Positions 9,901-21,139 of a stretch of DNA of 64,000 nucleotides are shown here, one piece after another (positions within the stretch are counted from its first letter, which is position 1; each line of letters starts with the position of its first letter). This DNA comes from an uncultured Chloroflexia bacterium (GTDB taxonomy: Bacteria; Chloroflexota; Chloroflexia; Thermomicrobiales; UBA6265), in contig CAVRUC010000005.1 of NCBI GenBank assembly GCA_963724295.1, positions 256,001 through 320,000 of the forward strand, in the 5' to 3' direction. The notes under the pieces were generated by a model that worked only from the letters and a program-made list of their open reading frames with translations, made no database searches and had not been told where the DNA came from. Position numbers and translations under genes: made by a program.

Positions 9901-10152
9901 GGGGGTGCCGGTCGCTACGCTCCCTCAGGGGGAGTCGCTGCGCTCAGGGGGTGCCGGCGGTTTCACCGCCTCAGGGGGTGTCGCCTCCGGCTCAGGGGGG
10001 AAGGACGACGAGGCGTACGACGCGGTCGTTCGTCGGTCTCCTTCGCCCCCTGAGTCCGCACAGCGGACGCCTCCCCCCGAGGGAGCGTAGCGACCGGCAC
10101 CCCCTGAAGCCGCTCTAGCGGCTGCCACCCCCTGAGCCCAGCGACTCCCCCT
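9898..10152. repeat. Modular palindromic REP/BIME-like array, copy 1 (TCAGGGGG + hairpin units, inverted arms)
   Basis: Five GGGGG motifs (four as TCAGGGGG) in the left arm and five CCCCC motifs in the right arm around a central hinge; homologous to 53481-53748. Confidence 0.8.
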
Positions 10153-10161
10153 CCGTCCCTC

Positions 10162-10213
10162 CTTCACATTTCCGTGCCGCCTTCACGGCGTCTCCACATT
10201 GTGGCCGTACCGT
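10162..10213 (+). promoter_or_regulatory. Putative response-regulator box plus -10 element (copy 1)
   Basis: 37 bp identical to 13165-13201, containing CTTCAC-N5-CTCCAC; TACCGT 9 nt downstream. Confidence 0.6.
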
Positions 10214-10295
10214 TGAGGGTAGATGGCGGTCAGGTGCCGCCAGTGATACTGATTGGAGCACTCGCGTGCTCCCCGGCACATGAAAGGGCAGAACG

Positions 10296-10700
10296 ATGGA
10301 TCCGATGTTGACCGACATGCCGATGCACTACGCGGGTGGAGGCTTCCCCTGGGGATTGCTGATCATCGGCGGCATCGTCTATTTCCTCTGGAGCAAAGGC
10401 GTGTTTGACGGCCGCGGACGCTTTGGCAACGGTGGGCGATTCGGCGGCTATGGCGCGGGCTACGGTTCGGCGCAGGGGCCCGAGGATCCCGGGTACGGAC
10501 CCAGCGCCGGCGCCGGACAGGGAAGCACTCCCGGCTTCAGCGGCCCCCGCGCGATGTTCGAGGACTGGCACCGGCAGGCGCACGAGACGTCCGGCACGCC
10601 AGATCACGGCGAGGCGCAGTCCACTCCCCCGGCATCTGCGACGCCGCCAGCCGCGGCTCCGGAAGCACCTGTATCAGGTGATGGTGGACCGGTCCGCTAG
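10296..10700 (+). CDS. Small membrane protein, paralog of 13270..13944
   Basis: FPWGLLIIGGIVYFLWSKGVFD and GPRAMFEDWHRQAHE shared with the paralog. Confidence 0.75.
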   Translation: MDPMLTDMPMHYAGGGFPWGLLIIGGIVYFLWSKGVFDGRGRFGNGGRFGGYGAGYGSAQGPEDPGYGPSAGAGQGSTPGFSGPRAMFEDWHRQAHETSGTPDHGEAQSTPPASATPPAAAPEAPVSGDGGPVR

Positions 10701-10803
10701 GCAGGGAGTACCTCATCGAATCGCGCGGAAGAAAGTTTGCGGGACCTGGCGTTGGGCCAGGTCCCGCGATATTCATGCCTCGTCAGAAGCAGTCGAAGCG
10801 GAA

Positions 10804-12474
<1,671 letters not shown>

Positions 12475-12504
12475 TTAAGTTCGTAGACGCTGCCTTGCAG
12501 CTCG

Positions 12505-12831
12505 CTAGTCCGCGATGATCGCCAGAATGTCCTTCTCGGACAGGATCAGCAGGTCCTCCTCCTCGAGCTTGAACTCGGTGCCGGAATACTTGGCAAAGAG
12601 GACCTCGCTTCCGGCCGCGACGTCCATCGGTATGCGATTGCCGTCCTCGTCCCGCCGGCCATCACCAACCGCGATGACGGTGCCGCGCTGCGGCTTCTCC
12701 TTGGCAGTGTCCGGGATGACGATCCCCGACCTGGTCGTTTCTTCACGGCCCGACGGCCGCACCACCACGCGGTCTCCGAGCGGGCGCAGCTTCGCCGCGA
12801 CCTCGGTTCCATTGGACTGGGTCTTCGCCAT
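12505..12831 (-). CDS. groS: Co-chaperonin GroES
   Basis: [35 protein letters not shown] 12831 after GGAGG. Confidence 0.98.
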   Translation of the reverse strand: MAKTQSNGTEVAAKLRPLGDRVVVRPSGREETTRSGIVIPDTAKEKPQRGTVIAVGDGRRDEDGNRIPMDVAAGSEVLFAKYSGTEFKLEEEDLLILSEKDILAIIAD

Positions 12832-12915
12832 GTTCGCTTCCTCCAACCTCAAAGACTCACGGAGCCGCCCCCGGGACCGGTTCCCGGCAAGCTCCAACCA
12901 ACTCATGCGCGACGT

Positions 12916-12957
12916 ATTGTATGCAGGCGGCTGGCACTCTTCAAGGGAGAGTGCTAA
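12916..12957 (-). promoter_or_regulatory. CIRCE element (HrcA operator) overlapping the groESL promoter
   Basis: Minus strand TTAGCACTC-N9-GAGTGCCAG (12957-12931); TTGAAG-N17-TACAAT promoter. Confidence 0.9.
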
Positions 12958-13021
12958 GACGGCAAGTCGGCAAGTCGGCAAGACGGCAAGTCGGCAAGTC
13001 GGCAAGTCGGCAAGACGGCAA
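12958..13021. repeat. Octamer tandem repeat (G[A/T]CGGCAA)x8
   Basis: Directly visible; abuts the CIRCE element. Confidence 0.95.
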
Positions 13022-13164
13022 GGATGAGCATGGACCGATTTCCGTGGTGGCTGCCTCGCGTAGCCTTTGCAGCCTTTGCAGTATTCGGACGCACCGTCGC
13101 CAGTCGCCCTCTAGTCCTCTTCCTGTCCTCTTCTCGCCATCTGGCCGTCTGGCCGTCTCCCGTT

Positions 13165-13216
13165 CTTCACATTTCCGTGCCGCCTTCACGGCGTCTCCAC
13201 AATTCGCGCCTACTCT
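13165..13216 (+). promoter_or_regulatory. Putative response-regulator box plus -10 element (copy 2)
   Basis: 37 bp identical to 10162-10198; TACTCT 9 nt downstream; precedes the operon encoding the two-component system. Confidence 0.6.
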
Positions 13217-13269
13217 GAAACTTAGAAGGCGGCGATGCACCGCCGGTGATGAGAAAAGGAGTACGCAAC

Positions 13270-13944
13270 GTGCACAACGGCAATGGCAAACGGTGGTTAC
13301 TGATCGGCCTCATCGTCCTGGGTGGGTTCTGGCTCGTCAACGATGCCTATGACGACGGCTTTCGAGACGCGCTGGTCCAGAGCGGCCAGGGGCAATCTGT
13401 CCGCCACTACCAGGGTGGTCCGCACTTCCCCTGGGGGCTGGTGATTCTCGGCGGCATTGGCTACATCGCCTGGCGGAAGGGCGCGTTCGATCGCTTCGGC
13501 GGTCCGGGTGGGCCTTTCGGGAACGGCGGTCAGCACGGTGAGCGGGGTGTGCAGCGTTACGGCGTGGACAATGGCCAGGTCCAGACTCCAGGCGCAGCGG
13601 CGTCGGGTCAAGGGGGTAGCCCGGTCTTCCGTGGCCCGCGCGCGTACTTCGAAGAATGGCACCGGCAGGCGCACGAGGGGACCGGCCGTGCACAGTACCC
13701 GGCGCCTCCCGCTCCACCGGCGCCGCCGGCCGGAGCGCCGGTTGCCAGTTATGACGCCCCGCAGGGAGGCTTCTCACCAACCCCGCCGCCGACCCCGCCA
13801 GCGCCCGAGTACTGGGCGTCGATGGCTCGCGCGGCCGAGGCGGCCGGTACCCCCGGCGCTGTGGTGACGCCGCCCGCCGCGCCGGAAGTTCGGCAGGACG
13901 GGCATTCGGACGGTTCTCGCGGCGCGGCCGGAACCGCGGTCTAG
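13270..13944 (+). CDS. Membrane protein with Pro-rich tail, paralog of 10296..10700
   Basis: GTG after AAGGAG; two hydrophobic segments; FPWGLVILGGIGYIAWRKGAFD, GPRAYFEEWHRQAHE. Confidence 0.75.
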   Translation: MHNGNGKRWLLIGLIVLGGFWLVNDAYDDGFRDALVQSGQGQSVRHYQGGPHFPWGLVILGGIGYIAWRKGAFDRFGGPGGPFGNGGQHGERGVQRYGVDNGQVQTPGAAASGQGGSPVFRGPRAYFEEWHRQAHEGTGRAQYPAPPAPPAPPAGAPVASYDAPQGGFSPTPPPTPPAPEYWASMARAAEAAGTPGAVVTPPAAPEVRQDGHSDGSRGAAGTAV

Positions 13945-14032
13945 GGGTGGTAAGGTGACGACAACGGTCTGGGGCGTGCGCGGCGTGGGAATCCTCCCGC
14001 GCCGCGTCCTGGGGGCCGGTCCGGTGACATTG

Positions 14033-14710
14033 ATGAAGAACATCCTCGTAGTCGAAGACGAGCCGGAGATCGCGCGCGTCATCCGGGACTATCTGCAGGC
14101 GGCCGGGTTCACGGTCAGTGTGGCGGCCGACGGCGAGAGCGCCTTGCAGAGCGCGCGCGCCTCTCGTCCCGATCTGGTGGTGCTCGATCTGGGTCTGCCC
14201 GGCCGTGACGGGCTCGACGTCACGCGCGAGCTGCGTCGTACTTCTGACGTTCCGATCGTTGTCGTCACGGCCCGCGGCGACGAGGCCGATCGTATCGTCG
14301 GGCTGGAGCTCGGCGCCGATGACTACGTTGTGAAACCGTTCAGCCCGAAGGAGCTGGTAGCGCGAGTGCGCGCGCTCTTTCGCCGCGTCGATGGCCGCGA
14401 TGAGCCGGGCGACATCATCCGGGTGGCCGATCTGGAGATCGACATCCCGCGCATGCGGGTGACCGTCAACGGCCATGCGGTGGAGCTGACCGCCAGCGAG
14501 TTCCAGCTGCTGGCCGCGATGGCCCGGGAGCCGGGGCGGGTCTTCACGCGAGGACAGCTCCTCGACGTGTTGCACGGGGTCGCGTTCGAGTCCTACGAGC
14601 GGGCGATCGACGCCCATGTGAAGAACCTGCGCCGCAAGATCGAGCCGGAGCCGGGGACGACTCGCTACGTGCAGACGGTCTACGGCGTCGGCTACCGCTT
14701 CGCCGGCTGA
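14033..14710 (+). CDS. OmpR/PhoB-family response regulator (BaeR-like)
   Basis: ILVVEDE, LDLGLPGRDG, GADDYVVKPF, RAIDAHVKNLRRKIE, TVYGVGYRF. Confidence 0.95.
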   Translation: MKNILVVEDEPEIARVIRDYLQAAGFTVSVAADGESALQSARASRPDLVVLDLGLPGRDGLDVTRELRRTSDVPIVVVTARGDEADRIVGLELGADDYVVKPFSPKELVARVRALFRRVDGRDEPGDIIRVADLEIDIPRMRVTVNGHAVELTASEFQLLAAMAREPGRVFTRGQLLDVLHGVAFESYERAIDAHVKNLRRKIEPEPGTTRYVQTVYGVGYRFAG

Positions 14711-15933
14711 TGCGCGACCCGGCGTCCACTTCCCCTCTCCCGGAGCCGCGGCCACTTCTCGATCCGCCGTTCCAGCCCATCCCACCTCCGCAGCCGGCGC
14801 GCCCGCTGGCTCTGCCAGTGGCAGCACGACGGCACGGGCCGCCGCGACCTCCCTGGTGGCCGGAGGATGAGCCCTGGCCGCCGCCGGGGCGATCGAAGCG
14901 CCGGGGCGGGTTCCTGCGCAAGGTTGGCTGCTTCTTCGGAGTGATCATCGGATTGATGATCGCCGCGAGCGTGCTGGGCGCGATCTTCAGTGACGATCGC
15001 GGTCGGCATGATGGTGGACCGTCCTGGGGATTCTTCGTCCTGATCCTCATGATCGGCGGGCTCTTCTTCGCCTGGAGGACGGTGCGCAGCACCGCGGCTC
15101 CGATCGCCGAGGTGATGTCGGCCGCGGACCGTGTCGCCGACGGCGATTACGCGGTGCGGGTGGAGACCCGCGCCAATGGCGAGGTCGGCCGCCTGGTGGA
15201 GTCATTCAATGCCATGACCAGCCGTCTCGAGGTGAATGAGACGCAGCGGCGCAACCTTTTCGCTGACGTGGCGCACGAGCTGCGCACTCCGCTCTCGATC
15301 ATCCGCGGCAACACCGAGGGGATGCTCGACGGGGTCTACCCCCGCGACGACGCGCATCTGGAGACGGTCCTGGACGCGACGGCGGTGATGGCTCGTCTGC
15401 TGGATGACCTGCGCACGCTCTCCCTGACTGATACCGGCGCGCTGCGGTTGCACAAGCAGACGACCGACGTCGCCGAGCTGCTGGACGACGTGCGCTACGC
15501 CTTCACCCCGCGCGCCGCGGAGGCCGGTGTGACGTTCACGCTGGCATCAGAGCCGCTGCCCCCGCTCGACGTCGACCCGGTGCGCGTGCGTCAGGTGCTG
15601 GAGAACCTGCTCGACAACGCGCTGCGGCACACACCGCGCGGCGGCACGATCCGGGTCGAGGCGGGGCGAGAAGGACCGGCGGCGCTCTTCCGGGTGGCCG
15701 ACACCGGTCGCGGCATCCCCGCCGAGGCGCTGCCGCATGTCTTTGACCGCTTCTGGAAATCAGCCGACTCCGGGGGCAGCGGTCTTGGTCTGGCGATCGC
15801 CCGCGGTCTCGTCGAGGCCCACGGCGGCAAGATTCGTGTCGACAGCGTCGTGGGCCGCGGCACGGTGGTGTCGTTTACGTTGCCGGTGGAACGAGTGGAG
15901 AAGAAGTTGTCAGTCGTGAGTCGGCAGTCGTAA
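14710..15933 (+). CDS. HAMP-domain sensor histidine kinase (BaeS-like)
   Basis: Two TM helices, HAMP, DVAHELRTPL H-box, NLLDNALRHT, DTGRGI, GSGLGLAI. Confidence 0.95.
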   Translation: MRDPASTSPLPEPRPLLDPPFQPIPPPQPARPLALPVAARRHGPPRPPWWPEDEPWPPPGRSKRRGGFLRKVGCFFGVIIGLMIAASVLGAIFSDDRGRHDGGPSWGFFVLILMIGGLFFAWRTVRSTAAPIAEVMSAADRVADGDYAVRVETRANGEVGRLVESFNAMTSRLEVNETQRRNLFADVAHELRTPLSIIRGNTEGMLDGVYPRDDAHLETVLDATAVMARLLDDLRTLSLTDTGALRLHKQTTDVAELLDDVRYAFTPRAAEAGVTFTLASEPLPPLDVDPVRVRQVLENLLDNALRHTPRGGTIRVEAGREGPAALFRVADTGRGIPAEALPHVFDRFWKSADSGGSGLGLAIARGLVEAHGGKIRVDSVVGRGTVVSFTLPVERVEKKLSVVSRQS

Positions 15934-15975
15934 GCGAGACGGCGAGTCAGTGCACTCAATTCAGGAGGCGGTCTG

Positions 15976-16461
15976 ATGGTAACGACGATTGCGGAGGGAG
16001 TTGCGACGCGGGAGGCAGGGAAGCTGCCGCCGTGGCTCAAAGGCATCAACCGGGTGGTCATGGTGTTGCAGCGTCTTGGCTTCGTCGTGGGGACGATGCA
16101 TGTGCTGGCCGTTCCTGGTCGGCGTAGCGGGGTCTACCGCTCGACTCCTGTTTCACTCCTCAGCGTCGACGGCCAGCGCTACATCGTTGCTGGGCTGGAT
16201 GATGCCGATTGGGTGCTCAATGCCCGTGTCGCCGGCCGTGGCCTGCTCCATCGCGGACGGACCGAGGAGCACGTCTCCCTGATCGAGCTCCCGGTCGAAG
16301 AGCGTGCTCCGGTCCTGCGCGCGTTTCCCAAGCTGATCCCGCAAGAGCTGATCCCGCAAGGCGTCCCGTTCTTCACCCGGCTCTATGGAGTCGGAGCTGA
16401 CCCGGAAGCGTTCGCGGCGCTGGCCACCACGTGTCCAGTATTTCGGGTAGAACGCCGGTGA
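15976..16461 (+). CDS. Deazaflavin (F420)-dependent nitroreductase family protein
   Basis: LAVPGRRSG.YRSTPV, DWVLNARVAG, CPVFRV. Confidence 0.75.
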   Translation: MVTTIAEGVATREAGKLPPWLKGINRVVMVLQRLGFVVGTMHVLAVPGRRSGVYRSTPVSLLSVDGQRYIVAGLDDADWVLNARVAGRGLLHRGRTEEHVSLIELPVEERAPVLRAFPKLIPQELIPQGVPFFTRLYGVGADPEAFAALATTCPVFRVERR

Positions 16462-16578
16462 TCGAGTTGGCGGAGAGCCACGAGTTCGCTCCTTGATTCT
16501 CTTCGACTTCTGACCTCACAAAGCATCTGCTGCCACGTTCTATTTACAGAGTCATGATGGAGCGGAACGGAGGCAGCG

Positions 16579-16809
16579 ATGCACAACTTTTTCACGATTG
16601 ACGTCGAAGCCGAGATGCGTCGGCAGGAACTGGAACGGTCAGCCGCGGCGGACGCGCGGGCCGCGCAGGCATGCTCCTCCAGGCGGAACTGGAGCTGGCT
16701 CACACGGGTATTTCGGTCTCAGACAAGCGTGCCGGCGCTGGCCTCACCAGGTACACCCGTAAACGCGCTGCTGGAATTGCCCCGCGTTCCGCGGCCGGTC
16801 GCGTGTTGA
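16579..16809 (+). CDS. Small hypothetical protein
   Basis: GGAGG RBS; AEMRRQELERSAAADAR. Confidence 0.55.
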   Translation: MHNFFTIDVEAEMRRQELERSAAADARAAQACSSRRNWSWLTRVFRSQTSVPALASPGTPVNALLELPRVPRPVAC

Positions 16810-17049
16810 GCGTGAATCAGTCCGGCACCCTGGCACTCTGGCGTCTCAACAGGTAACGCATCGCTCCCTCTGGAGCGGCCCAGGTCGATCCCGCATCGGA
16901 ATACTCCCGGTGCGGGATCAGCGTCTGTGCGCCTGATCCTGAGACCGCGCACCTCGAGTACCAACTCGACAATGCGCGAACCACATTCGCGGGGATTGCG
17001 TTCAGACGTCAATGCTTGCGAGCCATCTACAAAGTTTCGGATGCAGGAA

Positions 17050-18297
17050 TCAGCTTCCTGTCGCAAACTGATCTTCGGCCAGTCCCAGCCCCGCCAGATA
17101 GTCATTCGTAAACGTCCCGTGCGGATCCATTTCGACGCGGATCGCCTGGAAGACTGGTAGCTCCGGGTAGAGGTTGGCGATCTCGTCCGAGTCGAGGAAA
17201 TGCAGCTTGCCCCAGTGGGGCCGGCCATCGTGGGCGAGGAAGATCGCCTCGGCGTCACGGAAGAGAGGCTCGTACGGCAGATCCATCGCCTGGTGCAGGC
17301 TGATGGTGACGCTCTCCCTGCCCCGCGTGGGACTGAGCAGACTTTGCTCGCCCGGCTGCGTGCGGTACTCGACGGCCCACGTACAGTCCGGGTGGCGGGT
17401 CTGCATCAGCCGGCGGACCTCACGCATCGCCGCCGGCCCCTCGGCCAGCGGCAACGTGTACTCCATCTCGACGAAGGGAAAGGTTCGCGTCGAGGGGTAG
17501 ATGCGCCAGCTCCAGTCGACCGCGTCCGGTTTGAGATAGCGCTCGATGGTGCCGGGCAGGGCCTCCGGCGCCTCGACGCGAAACGGCTCCTCCTCCGTCT
17601 CCACGAAGGTTTTCAGCACGCAGCGATCGTGTGCCGGCAGCCACCAGAACTCGGCATTGCGCCGCGACTTCTCTTCCGCCAGGAAGCCATCGAGGCATTC
17701 GTCGAAGGGGAGGGCTTGTGTGCGCTCGTGCAGCTTGTAGGCGGGAACAGTTGCCAGGGTCACCCGGGTCAGCACGCCGATCAGGCCCAGACCAAGTGAG
17801 GCCGCACGCAGCCGTTCCGGCTCGGTGACCCCGATGGCAACCAACTCGCCGTCGGGACGCATCAGCTCCACCGCACGCACCGCCGAAGAAAAGCTGCCGT
17901 GCTTGCGCCCGGTGCCATGAGTCCCGGTGGAAACCGCACCGGCGATAGCCTGCCGGTCGATGTCCCCCTGGTTTGCAAACGCCCGGCCCCGCCCAAGCAA
18001 TGGTTCGCCGAGATCGGCAATGCGGCTCCCCGACCAGATCGTTGCTTCGCCGGTCTCGGAATCGACCCGTTCGACTCCGGCAAGGCGGGAGAGATCGAGC
18101 AGCGTGCCGTTCGTCGCGCACAACGGCGCGAAAGAGTGTCCCGCGCCGGCAACGCGAACCGTCGCGCCACGCCGGGCCGCCTCGACCACTGCCAGGCGCA
18201 ATTCGGCAAGGGAGCCCGGCGTAACCAGGATGCGCGGTGTGGCGTGGACATTTCCCGCCCAATTCGTCCAGGTTCCGCTCGCGATCGTGCCCTTCAT
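17050..18297 (-). CDS. FAD-linked oxidoreductase, D-arabinono-1,4-lactone oxidase family
   Basis: WTNWAG, VAGAGHSF, GAVSTGTHGTG, EMEY, GRPHWGK. Confidence 0.9.
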   Translation of the reverse strand: MKGTIASGTWTNWAGNVHATPRILVTPGSLAELRLAVVEAARRGATVRVAGAGHSFAPLCATNGTLLDLSRLAGVERVDSETGEATIWSGSRIADLGEPLLGRGRAFANQGDIDRQAIAGAVSTGTHGTGRKHGSFSSAVRAVELMRPDGELVAIGVTEPERLRAASLGLGLIGVLTRVTLATVPAYKLHERTQALPFDECLDGFLAEEKSRRNAEFWWLPAHDRCVLKTFVETEEEPFRVEAPEALPGTIERYLKPDAVDWSWRIYPSTRTFPFVEMEYTLPLAEGPAAMREVRRLMQTRHPDCTWAVEYRTQPGEQSLLSPTRGRESVTISLHQAMDLPYEPLFRDAEAIFLAHDGRPHWGKLHFLDSDEIANLYPELPVFQAIRVEMDPHGTFTNDYLAGLGLAEDQFATGS

Positions 18298-18442
18298 CAG
18301 GATGTTTTCCCGCCCTTACCTTGCGATGGTGTAGCGCCACGCTACCACGCGGCACACCGAGGCGCTTTGTATACTGGCGGACCGGTGAGTCGGTGAGTTG
18401 GCACGCAAGTTCCCTGGAAGTTCGGGAAGTTCGACTCATCTC

Positions 18443-18490
18443 CATCACCCATCACCCTGCGACCCTGCGACCCTGCGACCCTGCGACCCT
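18443..18490. repeat. Short tandem repeats CATCACC / (GCGACCCT)x4
   Basis: Directly visible in the divergent intergenic region. Confidence 0.85.
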
Positions 18491-18523
18491 AAAAGCCAAT
18501 AGCCCACCAGAGGAAACGGTTCG

Positions 18524-20119
18524 ATGCCCGGAGATTTGCTACTCGTCAATGGCCGCATCCGCACGATGGACGCGGCAAAGCCAGCTGCCTCCGCCATTGC
18601 GATTCGCATGGGACGGGTCGTCTACGCCGGAGATGATGCCGGGGCGATGGCAGCCGCGGCCCCTGGCGCACCCGTCATCGACCTGGCAGGGCGAACCGCA
18701 ACTCCCGGTCTGAACGACGCCCACGCCCACCCGATGGGCGTCGGTTTCACCCTGTTCGATCTCGATCTCTCCCCGGAGCGCCATGCCGGCATAACCGACC
18801 TGCAAGCCCTCGTACGCGAGGCTGTCACCGCCAGACCTGCCGGGACGTGGATTCTCGGCCGCGGCTATGACGACGCGCGCCTCGCCGAGCGGCGGCATCC
18901 GACCCGAGCCGATCTCGACCTCGTTGCTCCCGATCATCCGGTTGTGCTCATCCGGATGTGCCACCACATCGGCGTCGCCAACTCGGCGGCGCTGCGTCTG
19001 GCCGGAATCACCCGTGATACCCCCGATCCTGATGACGGTCTCTTCGACCGTGACGAGCTCGGTGAGCCGACCGGGGTGCTGCGCGACGGCGCGCTTGGCA
19101 GCGTGCGCGCGCTGATGCCGGAGCCTGACGAAGCCGCGATGATGGCGGCGCTGGAAGCCGGGGGTCACGAGTTTCTGCGGCAGGGCGTTACGAGCGCGGT
19201 CGAAGCCGGTATTCGCGATCCGCGTGAGCTGCGCGCCTACCAGCGGTTGCGCGAGGCGGGGAGACTGCCGGTCCGCACCTACCTCATGATGATGATCGAC
19301 GAGACCCTCGACAACCTGATCTCCCTCGGCATCCGCACCGGATTCGGCGACGAATGGGTGCGCATCGGCCCGGCGAAGCTCGTCATCGACGGCTCGATCG
19401 GTGCTCGTACGGCGAGGATGCTCGCGCCCTACGAAGGCGAGCCGGACAACGTCGGTCTCTGGATGATGCCGCCGGATGAGTTCACGACGAAGGTGCGCCG
19501 TGCCCATGATGCCGGATTCCAGGTCGGTATCCATGCGATCGGCGACGCCGCGATCGATCTCGTTCTCGATGCCTATCAGGCGGTGCAGGCGGCCAGTCCG
19601 CGCCCTGACCCCCGCCATCGCATCGAGCACTGCTCGATCGTCGACGACCGCATCCTGGGACGCATCCGCGACATCGGAGCGGTGCCGATCCCCGGCACGT
19701 CGTTCCTGCGTCACTTCCGCGATGCCTACGTCAACAACCTCGGCGAATGGCGCATCGGGCAGGCCTACGGCATGCGGTCATTCGCGCGCTTCGGCATTAC
19801 TGCCGCCGCCTCATCCGACGCGCCGGTGGTGCCGGTGAACGCACTCGCCGGTGTGCAGACAATGGTCACCCGGCGCGACATCCTGGGTCGCCCCTGCAAT
19901 CCAGAGGAAGCCGTCTCGCTGGAAGACGCTCTGCGGGCCTATACCGTCAACGGCGCCTTCGCCTCCTTTGAGGAGGGGATCAAGGGCACATTGCGTCCGG
20001 GAATGCTCGGCGACGTGACCATCTTCGAAACGGATCTCTTCTCGATCGACCCCCACGACCTGGCTACAACGCGGGTGGACTACACGGTGATCGCTGGCGA
20101 GGTGGCATATGAGAGATAG
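18524..20119 (+). CDS. Amidohydrolase 3 family (YtcJ-like)
   Basis: PGLNDAHAH, KLVIDGSIGARTA, IHAIGDAA, RIEHCS, SSDAPV. Confidence 0.92.
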   Translation: MPGDLLLVNGRIRTMDAAKPAASAIAIRMGRVVYAGDDAGAMAAAAPGAPVIDLAGRTATPGLNDAHAHPMGVGFTLFDLDLSPERHAGITDLQALVREAVTARPAGTWILGRGYDDARLAERRHPTRADLDLVAPDHPVVLIRMCHHIGVANSAALRLAGITRDTPDPDDGLFDRDELGEPTGVLRDGALGSVRALMPEPDEAAMMAALEAGGHEFLRQGVTSAVEAGIRDPRELRAYQRLREAGRLPVRTYLMMMIDETLDNLISLGIRTGFGDEWVRIGPAKLVIDGSIGARTARMLAPYEGEPDNVGLWMMPPDEFTTKVRRAHDAGFQVGIHAIGDAAIDLVLDAYQAVQAASPRPDPRHRIEHCSIVDDRILGRIRDIGAVPIPGTSFLRHFRDAYVNNLGEWRIGQAYGMRSFARFGITAAASSDAPVVPVNALAGVQTMVTRRDILGRPCNPEEAVSLEDALRAYTVNGAFASFEEGIKGTLRPGMLGDVTIFETDLFSIDPHDLATTRVDYTVIAGEVAYER

Positions 20120-20226
20120 TCGGTAAGTCGGTGAGTCGTGAGTCGTGAGTCGTGAGCAAGACGCTATACTCCGTCGTCCTGACACCCTGTCACCCTGTCA
20201 CCCGTCACCCATCACCTATCACCCAC
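20117..20226. repeat. Heptamer/octamer tandem repeat tracts (GTCGTGA; CACCCTGT/CACCCRT)
   Basis: Directly visible. Confidence 0.85.
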
Positions 20227-20239
20227 CGTGGAGGTTCCC

Positions 20240-20800
20240 ATGAGCGACGAATCGATTCGCCCCGGACAGGTTTCCGCCACACCAGAGGGAGGTCCCGTCG
20301 CCGAGGGTGTGCCGGGCCAGGAGCCAGGATCGGGACAGGTGCAATCGACCCCGGAAGCGGCACCGCTCTCCGAAGGCGATGAGTTGACCCCGCCAACCTG
20401 GCAGGAGCACATGCGCGGTCCGATCCTCGGCGCCGACGGACTCCCGCTCGGACAAGAGCAAGGACAGGCGACCGCGTCACCCGGGACAGAACCTGCAGCG
20501 GCGCGCGAAGAAGATACTGAAGTGAGCGCTCCGTCCACCGCCGCACCCCAGAGTGATGACGAGCTTCGCAAGTGGCCGCCCTACACGGGTAAGCCGGTGA
20601 GCGAGGCGCGCTGGGACGAGGTACGCCGCTACGCTGCACCGATCGTCACCCAGGCCGAGAAACTCGCCATCAAGGCGATCGATCTTTCCGGTCGTGGACT
20701 CACACGGTTCGCTGGCTACCTCGAGGACCGACGCCAGGAGCGAGAGCCAGACCAGGACCGAGAAGCTGACCAGGAGCCGGAGTCAGACGGCAGCCGCTGA
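20240..20800 (+). CDS. Hypothetical acidic protein
   Basis: ATG after GGAGG; disordered N-terminus, helical C-terminus. Confidence 0.65.
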   Translation: MSDESIRPGQVSATPEGGPVAEGVPGQEPGSGQVQSTPEAAPLSEGDELTPPTWQEHMRGPILGADGLPLGQEQGQATASPGTEPAAAREEDTEVSAPSTAAPQSDDELRKWPPYTGKPVSEARWDEVRRYAAPIVTQAEKLAIKAIDLSGRGLTRFAGYLEDRRQEREPDQDREADQEPESDGSR

Positions 20801-20925
20801 AACCTCGTAGTGACGCGGTTGCTTCGCTCCACACACCGCCGTTGACGTGATCCGGGCGGCAAAGAATGCCTGAGTTCGGCCATGGGCCGACCCCATTTAG
20901 GCTGCTTTCCAAGGTTAACAACGGT

Positions 20926-20955
20926 TTGACGTTCCATCATTCTCGACCGTATCAT
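20926..20955 (+). promoter_or_regulatory. Sigma70-type promoter upstream of rny
   Basis: TTGACG-N18-TATCAT. Confidence 0.55.
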
Positions 20956-20961
20956 GGGGCT

Positions 20962-21120
20962 AGGTGAGGTAAGCGCGGGGAAACGGCGAGTTGGCCCTTT
21001 GGGGCGCAGCTGATTCCCAAGAACGGCGTCTTACCACGCTCATTGTCTATACACATACCCCGGTTACGGGGCTGGTGTTTCACTCGCCGCGCGGTGCCCG
21101 TGAGCGCGCGCGTCACAACC
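20962..21120 (+). ncRNA. Candidate 6S-like RNA or structured rny leader
   Basis: Long imperfect rod: CGGCGAGT(20984-91)/ACTCGCCG(21082-89), CGCGGG/CCCGTG, TGGCCC/GGGCTG, GGGG/CCCC, with a large A-rich central bubble. Confidence 0.35.
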
Positions 21121-21139
21121 AAATGTGTCAGGGATGCCG

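Noticed and set aside
9898..10152. CRISPR array interpretation of the TCAGGGGG arrays (also 53481-53748)
   Set aside because: The constant part is only 8 nt, the spacers are 11-20-nt recurring hairpins shared between copies, the arms are inverted, and no cas genes are present.
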